This document shows positions 39,271-51,786 of a stretch of DNA of 64,000 bases, in pieces; the first letter of the stretch is position 1, and each line of letters begins with the position of its first letter. Where the stretch lies: contig OX597821.1 of assembly GCA_951406725.2 (NCBI GenBank), forward strand, positions 42,904,001 through 42,968,000, in the 5' to 3' direction. This stretch comes from Octopus vulgaris. Its lineage: Eukaryota. Under the pieces are notes generated by a model. That model was not told where the DNA came from. It ran no database searches and saw only the letters and a program-made list of their open reading frames with translations. The position numbers and the translations under genes were made by a program.

Positions 39271-40029
39271 TGTCTCGTGTGTTATCTATTGTTACGCGAT
39301 GAAAGAAAAACCTTGTGATTATTTGAGGAGGGCGTAAGATTGCCTTATTTTTTTATACACTGCACTAAGTTTTCCTAAGTTGAAGTTTGAGAAACACTGG
39401 TTCAAGTAGATCTGTAGTTTTGGATACATAGAAAGATGGCAATATACGAAGTGAAAATAATTACATTGTATAATTAAAATTATTCATTAAGAAGAAGCGA
39501 CACTTTCCGTCGGACGCTTTTCACCAAACTTGTGTGCTATGTCACAGAGAGAGAGAGAGAGAGAGAGAGTTGCATTTTCAAGTGTACTTTTTCCGCAAGT
39601 AGGGTGTGATTTTAGGGGTAATTTGCCTACTATTTCTAGCAGGTCGAACGACCACACATAGCTTCCCTCATTAACTCGAAGTAAGCTTTGTTGTTATTGT
39701 TAAGGCGTCAGCACGCCGGGCAAAATGCTTAGCAGTGTTTTGTCTATTTTACGTTCCGAGTTCGAATTCTACTGAGGTCGACGTAGCCTTTAATCCTCTC
39801 AGGGTCAATAAAATAAGTACCAGTTGAGCACTAGGGTTGACCTAATTGTCTTCGCCTCTCCCCAGAAATTGCTGGCCTTGTACCAAAATCTGAAACCATT
39901 ATTATTATAGGTAATGTTTATCCTTATTTCTATGAGAAAATAAACAAATTGTCCAATATATCCTTTTCTTATATGATTAGATCTCCGAGAAAAATTATTC
40001 CAGTCGTGACTACCAGAACAGATTTTGTA

Positions 40030-40650
40030 GTGTGCCTGTGTCACTCACTAGATGACCTTTATCAATGAGAAATTTAGTGATAAAAATGTTGCTGGATACA
40101 ATATCAGCAAAGTATTTCACCATATCCTATGAATATCCAAGCAAAGTCTAGCCATCTTTGTGCTCTATCCATCTCTCATGTCTAGGATTAGTGTTGTCAG
40201 TTTGCACCATCATGGAAATGTCCTTCACCCACATTCTATTAAGTTTGAGATTTAGTTTCATCAGCCACTCTCTTTCTCCTATACATCAAGGTTCTACTTG
40301 CCTTCACTTCCAACCATGTCCCCTCCTATGCAGATGATACTGCCTTACATTCCTCCCTAACATTTTTCTATACAGTGTTATCTACATGCAGCTTTGACAC
40401 TCTAAGTCAGGCCTACACTAACTCCATGAACAGAGACCATGAAATCATTCTCTGATGGGGGAATTTTGTCCTCATCAATAGCACAAAGCTGCAATCCCTA
40501 CATATAACAGGAAAATGATATCATGACCATCACCCCTAAACGTCAGGGTACACAACAAGAACATTTAAAGTCACTAGGAATGCTACACCTCAACATCACT
40601 GAGTAATTTTCCTGGAGAAAACCATCATCAAAGTACTGCATCTCAAAGAC
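40030..40650 (+). mobile_element. Old CR1/L2/Jockey-type LINE RT remnant
   Basis: YADDTAL at about 40328; heavily decayed. Confidence 0.5.
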
Positions 40651-40851
40651 ATTGGGAATTATAACGTACATTCTTCTATCATTAATCTCTTATTAGTGAG
40701 ATTGAACCTTATTACCTCTACTCAAGTGTCAGTAAAGTAACGATTAAGTTATTTATTATGTTCACAAAATATGATTATATTTGTACTCATGGTTGTCTCT
40801 GGATGATGGGCTGTGCACATTACAGTCACATAGTTTAACTAGAAATAAATG

Positions 40852-41807
40852 GGTTCTTTACCTTTTGAACGGCAGATTTAGAAAATAATTTTTTGTAACT
40901 GAACACTTTCAAACTTTGTATACTGGTAGAATGTGTCATATAAAATATCTTTTACTGTTAGCATTCTTGAGAAAAGTTTCTATTTACAAAGTTATTTCAT
41001 GTTAAAGTTGTCGTATTTCAGTAATTTCAACCAATCAATGACGTGTATGCAGCTGAATAAAATTACTGCTGTTGTTTGTCAACAACAACTTCCAGCGGTG
41101 TATATTTCGTTTGTCACTGTTATTTATGACATATTTCATCTCATTTACGTTCGTATAAATAAACGAGTGTATCTGAAGTATGTTTACTTCATGGCACCAC
41201 CATAATCGTTCGTGCATTTCCACTGGTTTTTTAAAATTAGTTTTCCTGTTTTTCAAGCTACTATTTTCGAAAAGACTTTTTTTGCCAATTTCTTCATTTT
41301 TCATTTCTTTCTGTAACTCAAACCCTAATCCTAAAACCTTAACCCCAACACTAAATCCCGTAACCCAAACCCTAAAACCCTAACCCTAACCCTAAAACCA
41401 GTACAAACGCCTGAACAATGTCATAGATAACAGTGACAAACAAAATATACACCGCCGATAGTTGTTGACAAACAACGGCAGTAATTTTATTCAGCTGAAT
41501 ACACGTCATTGATTGGTTGAAATTACCAAAATACGACAACTTTAACATGAAATAATTTCGTAAATATAAACTTTTTTCAAGTAAAAGATGTTTTATATTT
41601 TTTTTTATCTAGTTTCAGCTCACAAGCTGTGGCCATGCTGGGGCACCGCCATTTGGTGTTGCTACATGATTTTACTTCACGAATGCTTTTTAGCAATTGC
41701 CATTTGGTGCATGAGACATATGACACATTCTACCAGTGTCTGAAGTTTGAAAGTGTTTAGTTACAAAAAATTAATTTCTCAATCTGCCGTTCAAAGGGAA
41801 AAGATCC
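40852..41807. mobile_element. Second member of the telomere-repeat DNA transposon family, 8-bp TSD
   Basis: Termini GGTTCTTTACCTTTTGAACGGC and GCCGTTCAAAGGGAAAAGATCC. TSD AATAAATG at 40844-40851 and 41808-41815. Degenerate (AACCCT)n at about 41315-41398. Confidence 0.88.
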
Positions 41808-41995
41808 AATAAATGGAGACTAACTTAAATACACTCAAATGCACATTATAATCTATGCCAATTTCATATCATATCCTTTTTCTTGATTTTTGTCTACTGC
41901 ATGCCATGAATTTCCTGTAAGAAGCCCAAAATTATCACTACACATATAATCATACTTACTTAAGAGTAATTTAAACTTTGTAAATTGTTAATGCT

Positions 41996-42401
41996 CTCTT
42001 TACTCTTTTACTTGTTTCAGTCATTTGACTGCGACCATGCTGGAGCACCGCCTTTAATCGAGCAACTCGACCCCGGGACTTATTCTTTTGTAAGCCCAGT
42101 ACTTATTCTATCGGTCTCTTTTACCGAACCGCTAAGTAACAGGGACGTAAACACCCCAGCATCGGTTGTCAAGCAATGCTAGAGGGACAAACACAGACAC
42201 ACAAACACACACACGCATATACATATATACATATATATGACGGGCTTCTTTCAGTTTCCGTCTACCAAATCCACTCACAAGGCTTTGGTTGGCCCGAGGC
42301 TATAGCAGAAGACACTTGCCCAAGGTGCCACGCAGTGGGATTGAACCCGGAACCATGTGGTTGGTAAACAAGCTACTTACCACACAGCCACTCCTGCTGT
42401 A
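41996..42401 (-). mobile_element. Full-length SINE family 1 with a 28-bp TSD
   Basis: AATTTAAACTTTGTAAATTGTTAATGCT at 41968-41995 and 42402-42429. Confidence 0.9.
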
Positions 42402-42616
42402 AATTTAAACTTTGTAAATTGTTAATGCTGTGACAACATACTTTGATGTTACAACTTATCTCAATTTATTGAACAAATTTATAGTCAGTGCCTATTTACA
42501 ACTGGTAGTTTTATGGGCGGTTGTGAAGAATGTGGACCGTACCCCTTTTGGTTTCAGTCAAACCGTCCAACCCATGCTAGCATGGAAAGTGGACGTTAGA
42601 TGATGATGATGATGAT

Positions 42617-43280
42617 GCATATATCTATGTGTATATATATATGTGTGTGTGTGTATATATATATGTGCGTGTATATGTGTGTATATATATGTGTGTGTAT
42701 ATGTGTGCATATATATATGTGTGTGTGTATATATATATATGTGTGTGTGTGTATATATATGTGTGTACATATATAAATGTATGTGTATATATATGTTTGT
42801 GTACATATGTTTGTGTATATATATGTGGGTGTATATGTGTGTGTATATATATGTTTGTATATACATATGTGTGTATATATATCTGTATATATATGTACGT
42901 GTGTATATATATGTGTGTATATATATGTGTGTGTATATATATGTGTGTATATATGTGTGTATATATATATGTATGTGTGTATATATATGACTGTGTATAT
43001 ATATATGTGTGTGTATATAGATACGTGTGTATGTGTGTGTGTATGTGTGTATATATATATATGTATGTATATGTGTGTGTGTATATGTGTGTGTATATAT
43101 ATGTGTGTATATATGTATGTGTATATATATATATATGTATGTATGTGTGTGTATGTATGTATATATGTATGTGTGTGTATGTATGTATATATGTATGTGT
43201 GTGTATGTATGTATATATGTATGTGTATATATATATATGTGTATATATATGTGTGTGTGTGTATATATATATATATGTAC
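42617..43280. repeat. Degenerate (TA/TG)n microsatellite
   Basis: Directly visible alternating purine-pyrimidine tract. Confidence 0.95.
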
Positions 43281-43689
43281 ATTACCTAACCCTATGTTTA
43301 TATAATACACATTTATAGACTTGTCAGTGATATGTGTTCATCTTTGACCAACCTGACATAGCAAAGTGACTAAAGGTAACCATTTTCTACATCACCCTCT
43401 GTCTTTCTCAAACAACAAACTTCTAAGCTTTTTCTTTTTCTCCCTACCTGAGTCATCACCATGTATGATAATTAATGAAGCATTCCATCTGTCTCTCTGC
43501 CATGTTTTACAGTTGTGAAGTACTCCATGTATTTCTCTCATCTCATGAATCGTAATTTTTCTCGCAAGCTCTTCTATTGTATTATGTAGTGTCTGTACTT
43601 TCTTCAGCTCACATTCTGATTCCTTGTATGTATTTTAATGTTTGTTACATCATCAGTATTTTTCTTTCTGTAAATTAAAAATCTGAAAC

Positions 43690-44210
43690 TGCATATGGAT
43701 GAGGACAGCGGTACATAGTGCATATGGATGAGGACAGCTGTATATAGTGCATATGGATGAGGACAGCTGCATAAAAAAGTGCTGAGCTCTAATTGTGGAG
43801 GGTACTTGTGGGAGGGGTAGACTCCAGAAGATGTGGAACAAAGTGGCGAGAAAGGATCTTTGGACATTGGGCCTCACTGAGGAAATGACAAGGGACCAGG
43901 AGTTATGGGGATTTGATGAACTTGAGAAGATACATCAAGATAAGTAAAATCACTGTCATCCATACATACAGGCTTGTACTTTGCAGGTGTCAGTGTCATA
44001 TAATATGCATTCATGCCTGTGCTGTGTAAATGAACTTGTGCCAGTGACACATAAAAAGCACCCAGTACAGTCTGTGAAGTGGCTGGCTTTAGGAAGGGAA
44101 TCCAGCTACAGAAATCATGCCACAGTAGACAGAGTCTGGCTAGATCCTGTTCAACCATCTGACCCATGCCAACATAGCAAGCAGACATTGAATGATAATG
44201 ATGCTGCTGA
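43690..44210 (+). mobile_element. Older RTE LINE 3' end and UTR
   Basis: MWNKVARKDLWTLGLTEEMTRD parallels TWDEVVKHDLRTLGLTMEMTRD at about 930-990. Confidence 0.7.
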
Positions 44211-46072
44211 TACCCTCTGCACAACCATATAAATAGTAAAACTACATCCTTAAATCTTTGCTTCCCATTTGGGATCATAAAATATTTCAGCTCTGTTTAG
44301 TTGCTGATCCCCTTTATAAAATTTCACTTAGACCACTTTAAAAGTTGTGCACTCATACTTTTTGCAGACGTCTCACCTACAGCAGTTCAAACTGAAAGGT
44401 AATAGCATAAAACTTACAAAGTTACGGTGTGGTAGCTAATTAAAAAAATACATTCCTGAAGGTACTCACTACTTACAATGATACCTGTAAAACTTGTAAT
44501 TTATAATTAACAATTTTTGATAAAAATCTAAATGCAAACTTGTCATGTTAATTTTTTATGTAAAACGAAAATAGACCGAATTGGCAGAATCTAAGAGTGT
44601 AAGAAACATAATTTGTCAACAAGTCAACTTACTTTTCACCCTTGTGAATGTTGGGGTTGATCGAATATATACAAGACAAGTACTAGAATCCACTTAATCA
44701 GCTGTACCCTCTTTCCAGATTTGTAGCTTTATTCTTTTAATTTTATCTATATTAAAAGTCAGTTTTTATAAAACGTGTCATTTAGATTTGCAATTTTCTC
44801 CTCAAACAAATTATATAATGTACAGATAAAATAGGTGTTACAGGTAAAAAATATTACAACAGTAAACTTTTTCAAGAAGAATTTATGGAACCTTATTTTA
44901 TAAATAAGTCTTTCTACAAAGCCTGAAATTTTGGGGAAGGGGGTTTGTTGATTACATCAACCCCAATGCTTAACTGGTACTTAATTTATTGACCTCGAAA
45001 ACATAAAAGGCAAAGTTGACCTCAGTGAAATTTGAACACAGAATGTAATGACGGATGAAATGCCGCTAAGCATTTTACCAAGTGTGCTAACGATTCAGCC
45101 AGCTATTAAATAATGTGCATATAAAGTTTTCTGTAGGCTGTTCAAGGGAGTGAACTATGCTTCTATTATATCCTGTTCTTTAAAATATTAAGGTTGTAGC
45201 GAGTCAGGAAAGATCTATTACATCACCATGACATAGTTCAGTTGTGCTGTGTCAGATTTCAGCCAATCAGAGCTGGAGGTATGTGAATAAAATGGCAGTG
45301 ATCTGCCTTAGCAGCATAGAAGCAGCAATTTCAAACTAGTTGCTGGAAAGACTGTCGAAAAGCAACTTTGCTTTCTTCAACATGTCACATTTTCTGTATC
45401 CACCATCAACTACATGCAACTCATTTGATTAATATCAACTTCCACTCTCCTTCATATAAACCTCAGAGTATATAGTAAGTCATGCAATTTTTTCCTGTCT
45501 TGCATACACACGTATTTGGTTTCCATTCCTATGCAAGATTAATCCTTGTTACCACTTGCTAGCACTCCTTACACTAACAAATAAATTTCAATGCTTTTGT
45601 TTTATAAACTTGCCTTCTGAATATTCTTTATTCACACCTCTTTAAGAAATCACTGGAAATGGATTCTTTCTATGAACTGTCTTTTAAAAAAAATGCTAAC
45701 CACACACATTATGTTACAACTTAAACACATATAGGAGACATTCCTCCCAACTTACATTAGTGACTAACATGTAACAAGGTTTTAAAACATTTTAAATAAT
45801 GTTTTATTTAATGATGTATAATTTTTTGTGTTTTGCTATTCGTTTGGTAAAATATTTGGTGGCATTCAGTTATATATCTTTACATTGCTCAACAGTAACT
45901 TTCTAGCCCAGGTAATAAATTGCAAAATATATCTGTTAAAATGAGATGTCAGTGTTATTTTCATTTTTGCATAATTTAGACAACCATATATTCACAGCAC
46001 CCTGTATATATATATATATATGATTTGACTCATATGTGAAACATATTTTCACAGAGATTCCATAGTTACAAC

Positions 46073-46238
46073 ATGCCTGAAGTTTGCCACAAAGATCCTG
46101 CTGGATGTCAAATGATCAGCTATGATTACAATGGATTTTTGGTACCACCATTTCCAAATGTTCAAGAACATCTTGACAAACTTCCAGATTTGCCAGTAAG
46201 AGATGATGATGTTTTTCTTCTAGGTTACATGAAATCAG
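46073..46238 (+). CDS. SULT: Cytosolic sulfotransferase, copy B, coding exon 1 (acceptor at 46054)
   Basis: MPEVCHKDPAGCQ...PVRDDDVFLLGYMKS-G. Same 166-nt length and phase as SULT-A exon 1; donor GTATGT. Not in the ORF track. Confidence 0.92.
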
Positions 46239-46977
46239 GTATGTAGTCTTTCATCATTAAGATCCTTCCACCATCACGTATATGCATTCCTCTTTGTTCA
46301 AGTGTCTCTGCTATTATCTCAGTTATTAGATCACTTCTTAAACATCTCTTCTTATACTTTCTCTTTCAAAACCCCATTCCAATGGTATTGACTTTCTGTT
46401 ACATAGTTTCCCTTCAACAAGTAACAAACACTACTTGAATTCAAATGAACTTTATTCTCATTAACATAATTATTTCTTTTACTGAAACCTATTTTGTGAT
46501 GTATTTAATTTTTGTCACCATCATCATCATCTGTTGTCCATGCTGGCATGGGTAGGAGATTTGACCAGGGCTGGTAAGCTGAGTGGCTGCACCAGATTCC
46601 AGTCTGATTTGGAATGGTTTTTATGACTGGATGCCCTTCCTAATGCCAACCACTCCAAGAGTGTAATGTGTGCTTTTATGTGCCACCAGCATGGGTGCCA
46701 TTTGCATGACACCAGTATCTGCTACGACTATGATTTCACATGGCTTGATGGGTCTTCCTTCTGAAGAACAGCATATTGCCAAAGGTCTCAGTCATATGTC
46801 ATTGCCTCTGTGAGGCCCAGTGCTCAAAAGATGCTTTTTACATGTCACCAGCACAGTTGCTAGTTCCACAACACCAGCATCAGCCACATTGCTTCTGTGA
46901 AGCCCAATGCTTGAAAGGTACTTTTTACATGTCACCGGCACAGGTGTCAGTTCTGTGACACTGACAACAGCCACAGT

Positions 46978-47153
46978 CTAGATGCAGATACAGATAGCTG
47001 TTAATATTCTAATCTAAATGCAGATACAGATAGCTGTTAATATTCTAACCTAAATGCAGATACAGATAGCTGTTAATATTCTAATCTAAATGCAGATACA
47101 GATAGCTGTTAATATTCTAATCTAAATGCAGATACAGATAGCTGTTAATATTC
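46978..47153. repeat. 36-bp minisatellite, about 5 copies
   Basis: ATGCAGATACAGATAGCTGTTAATATTCTAATCTAA starting at 46982, 47018, 47054, 47090 and 47126. Confidence 0.95.
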
Positions 47154-48420
47154 AGTGTCATGAACCAAAAAGTGTGGGTTTAAGATTCACCTTGTACATA
47201 CTCTGGTTTTCTGTCATACATTCCTTGATTTTGTACTCACCTTGAGTTTTACAATACATACATAGCTGAAATGATTGCTGATAATAAAATAAGCAACTTA
47301 AAACACATTATAGAAGACAGGTGTATAATATAGGATTTACTAAAATACAGTAACTATTCAGTCAAACCTTTTTGTATCATATATTTCAAAAAAACTTTAT
47401 AAATTATGAACACTGACAGATATGAGCACTTTGACAGCTTGTTCAATCCATACCAGTATGGTAAATGAACATAAAATAATGGTGAGGATTGTAATGTATT
47501 TCTTTTATTTTCTGTCATTTTCTGGTTTCTGATTAACTATTTTAATACCAGTACACACAAGACTGGTTCTGGTTCTATGATTACAAACTTCCTCATTTTA
47601 AATGATATAAATTGAAACCAATTGTCATTTTGTGCTGATTTCAAAAAGTTCCTGGACTAATTCTGTAGCATGCCAACAGATAGCCATACACAGTTGCATG
47701 TGCAGTGTGAGCTAGTAGTGACCTTCATGATGCAATGTGCCAAATTATGTGTTAATTTCACAAGTTGTGAAATTTGTGTTTTTGTTATCATGTGTATGCT
47801 ATAGTCTGCAATTTTTGTCATGGACAGGAAGTTGTTACAAAGTGCCAATGTGAAAATTTGTTGTAAACTTGGGAAGTATTTACAAAGACATTGAGCACGC
47901 TTCAGCAAGCTTACAGCGATAAGGCAATGTGTCATATGCAATGTTTCAAGTGGCATGGGCACTTCAAAAGTAGTAGAACATCCCTGGAAGATGACAAGTA
48001 ATCTGGAAGACCTGCCATGAACATCAACCCCAGGAATATGGAGAAAAGGTCACTAGGTTGTGCATGAGGACATTGAAGGACAATAAATAACATTATGAAG
48101 TGTTTGAGGGAGGACATCCAGCAAAAGTAACTGGATCTGTGAGGCGCAAAGAATTGGACTCTTCATGTTGACACTCCACCTTGTCTCTGAGCTCTCTGAG
48201 TTTCTCACCAAAAACAACATGCTGTTGCTTCCACACCTGCCCTATTCACCAGATTTAGCACCTGCAGACTTCCATCTCTTTCCCAAGATGAAAATGCAAC
48301 TCAAAGTGTTTCCGTTTTAACGCCATTGTCAAGATCATGAGCAAATCACAGAAAGTCCTCAACTTGCTTACAGAATATGACTTCCAGGCCAGATTCCAAA
48401 AGTGGTAGGTACGTTGGGAT

Positions 48421-48856
48421 CAGGACCAGCTCAAGGTACTAGCAACTTGGACAGTCACCTGGGGTGCCATGTACTAGGGGCCACCAAGGAGGGCGTGACA
48501 AAGACAAGGACATTTCCATGACTGTCAGCTTGCACATGCCACAATTTGGCTTAATACAATTCTATATTTAAGAGATGAGGAATTATGTACATTATTTACA
48601 TTATTTACATTTGATGGATATCTGTCCTCATCTTGTTTGTTGTTAACACGACGCTTCCGCTGATATACCCTTCATCAGGTGTCTTGGGGAACCCAGGTTC
48701 GAAATTTTCCTAAGACACCGGATGAAGGCTGGAGGGTATATCAGCCAAAACATTGTGTTTACAACAAACAAGATGAGGACAAATATCCATCAAATGTAAA
48801 TAATGTAAATAAAGTTTAGCTTGCCTGGGGTGCCAGCAACCCTAGGGCCGGCCCTG
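48421..48856. mobile_element. hAT-like MITE nested in the mariner
   Basis: Termini CAGGACCAGC and GCCGGCCCTG; degenerate 8-bp TSD (gttgggat/actgggac). Related to 25873-26040. Confidence 0.65.
48594..48811. mobile_element. Penelope-type palindromic terminal repeat with degenerate hammerhead cores
   Basis: About 100 bp inverted arms. The + arm reads gacac-CGGATGA-a-ggctg..cagcc-AAAAC-att-gtgtt. The - arm keeps CTGATGA. Confidence 0.6.
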
Positions 48857-48979
48857 ACTGGGACCATTGAATTTCTGTGCAAGGTGAATATTTTAAAGGA
48901 GATGATGTTAAAACTTAGGTAGATAAGTTATTTTCTATTAAACACAACTAGTCCAGGAACTTTTCAATACCACCTCATA

Positions 48980-49010
<31 letters not shown>

Positions 49011-49021
49011 TTATGTGTATA

Positions 49022-49778
49022 CTAGTGGGCCTCCCGGCCTTCGGCTTAGTCTGTACAGTGTTGAAAAGTATTTATAAGATGCATATTGGCATCTGTCTTC
49101 ATGCCTATTTTCCTTACAATAAAAATTGTTAAAGGTATTTAAATATTGCGTGACATAACTTCAAAAATATATTTAGAATATCTAAATACAGAAATTAATA
49201 CTGATAATAATAGAGAAATGTATTGTACAAAAATTATAAAACATTTACTGAACTTCAGTATATACAATGTTTTTATCTTATTTCTTTGGAGAATATATGA
49301 AGAGTTTCTGTGGACTTCCTACTCAGGAACAACCTACATACAATTGACCACGTGAGAAACAGCCCTGCAGTGTTCGACCATGGGACTTGTTAATGGTCAT
49401 TATGTAACTGACTATCACTGGGAATTGCAATTGTTTGAAATGAAAGGGGACATTTGTTGGTATTAGGGGTATTCTAGGTATAAATACGTTGTCCCCCTTA
49501 CCGCATCCAGTGAGGATTTTTGCTTTGATAATGTGAGGCTGTAGTTCAGTCAGAGAGATGGACATAGAGAGGGAGATTTAGACTGAGAGGAAGCAGAGGT
49601 CTGGTGTCTCACTTGTTTTTTCTCTGTAACCCCTTTTAAATTATGTGGTGCAATATTGAAGTACTTTTTAACAACTTTTATTGCAAGGAAAATGGGCATT
49701 ATGATAGATGCCAATATGGGCCTTATAAATACATTTGAGCACCATATAGACTGAACTGAAGGCTGGGTGGCCCACTAG
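49022..49778. mobile_element. Helitron-derived element: minus-strand helicase C-terminal fragment between two inverted Helitron-type 3' ends
   Basis: ORF 49323-49565 reads AKILTG..FIPRIPLIP..LQFPV..MTINKSHG..GQLYVGCS. About 130 bp imperfect inverted repeats each end in a GC hairpin plus CTAG|T. Confidence 0.8.
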
Positions 49779-50883
49779 TATATATATATATATATATGTA
49801 TAATATATATATATATATATATGTGGTTCTTGTGTCGTCTCTGTGGCGTTTCATGTTCTTGTCCATGTCTGTAATTATTTTTACTGTTTACCTATATATA
49901 TCTGTCTCTGTCTCTTACCCACCCTGTCTCACTTGTGTTTTTTCTCTAACTCCCTTTCTATCTGTCTTACATTTTTTCTCTAGAGAGAAAAAATAGAGGT
50001 AGTAAGAGAGAGAGAAAGAAAGAGAGAGGGAGATAGTGAGAGAGATAGACATAGAGAGGGATATATAGACAGAGAGAAAACAGAGGTCTGGCGGTGACTT
50101 CAAAGGAAATGTTATGTATAAACTTAGAGAAAGTTCGAATTGGATTGAGTGATAGGGAGAGTATTTTTTCACTCAGTAAAAAGCATTACAGTGAAATAGA
50201 CAGTATGTGGATTGTTAGAAATAGGACTCAATGCACCACAAACCTGGCTTCCCTCCTTCCATTTTCAGAAAATAAGTGCACAGTCATCTGCGGAATGGTC
50301 ACATTAATTTAAATGACAGGAAAAACCTGAAATATTGTCAATTTTATTTAGTGTTTTCAGTAGTCAACATACAAACATACAAACAAGCTTTGCTTTTTAT
50401 AAGGATATAGAATATACAAGCTCCTTTCAATTTCCTTTTACCAAATCCACCCAAAAGACTTTGGTTGGCTATATTAGCAGACACTTGCCCAAGGTACTTA
50501 ACCACAGTCACACCTGTACCTCTAATATGATAACAAAAGGCTTCAACCACATTGTTGAATTCTTGCAACCTTTCATAGTAGAATTCTGGTATCAAATGAA
50601 AATGATGAAATATTTGTATATTGGCACAGATGGTGTGGTCAGACTTGAATGATTCTTTGATATCAGGAATCCTATAATCTTCAATCTATGTTAGCATTTT
50701 GTACTTTTGAAATATCTAATCAAATTTGATAAGGCATTTAATCATTAATATTTCTAATAAATTCTATGAATCTTCTCACAACTACACTTTGCTCATGTAG
50801 CCATTATAGTAATATAATTGAGATGTTGACTTAGGAATTGGTGTTTATGTTCTACTCTTGAAACTTCAATCTTTCCAACATAG

Positions 50884-51207
50884 GTTGTCACTGGATGTGG
50901 GAAATTGCTGGAATGTTAGTTAATGGTTCTGCTGAATATAACCCAGAACAGAAATGTGTTGCAATGATGGAGCTGATGGACCAAGAAAAACTAGACCAGC
51001 TTCCATCACCCAGAGTTCTAAACAATCACATGTTGTTTCATCATTTACCAAGAGAGATACTTAACAAAAAATCTAAAATGATTCTCATGACACGCAACCC
51101 TCGTGATGTTGCTGTTTCTGCCTACCACCATTTATTTCAGTTTAAGTTCATGTATCAGTATGATGGAGATTGGAATGGCTTCTTTGAACTGTTTTTAGAT
51201 GGCAAAG
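50884..51207 (+). CDS. SULT: SULT-B coding exon 2 (later exons not in the window)
   Basis: CHWMWEIA...PRVLNNHM...RNPRDVAVSAYHH...FLDGK. 324 nt, same phases as SULT-A exon 2. Confidence 0.93.
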
Positions 51208-51417
51208 GTATGTACAAACTTTTTTTGATATACCATTTTTTTACTTAATTCCAGAAGATAATTTTAATGTTATTAATATTCAACATACAACTTTAATATT
51301 TTTCAAATGTTAATATTCTAATATTTCCTAATATTTTTCAAATTTTTGCCAAATTTTTACTTGTTCAAGTGTGTGTGTGTGTGTGTGTGTGTGTGCATGT
51401 GTGTATACATACATAAA

Positions 51418-51462
<45 letters not shown>

Positions 51463-51467
51463 GTATA

Positions 51468-51510
<43 letters not shown>

Positions 51511-51786
51511 ATATATAAGGGCAAAAGAAAATATGCTGAAAAAATAGACTATATATCATTAACGGAATTAAAAAAAAATTTCTGTAAGCTTGCTTTCCTC
51601 GTTTCAACATGCTGTGTATTTATAGTGAAATATTCTATGTAGTTAGACAATATAAAGTCTATTTTTTCAGCATATTGGCATATAAATTTTTTCTTTTGCC
51701 CATATTTATTTATAAGTGTTTATAATTTTCACCTTAAAAGGTATCTTCATATGCTGGTCACTGATAAAACTTTTTGAAAAAATTTT

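Larger units (their letters stand above)
47640..48978 (+). mobile_element. Decayed mariner element with nested insertions
   Basis: Inverted AAAAAGTTCCTGGACTA / TAGTCCAGGAACTTTT. Peptides CFKWHGHFKS and PYSPDLAPADFHLFPKMK (mariner YSPDL motif). Confidence 0.85.

Noticed and set aside
46978-47153. 36-bp repeats as a CRISPR array
   Set aside because: The units are directly tandem with no spacers, there are no cas genes, and the context is a eukaryotic intron.
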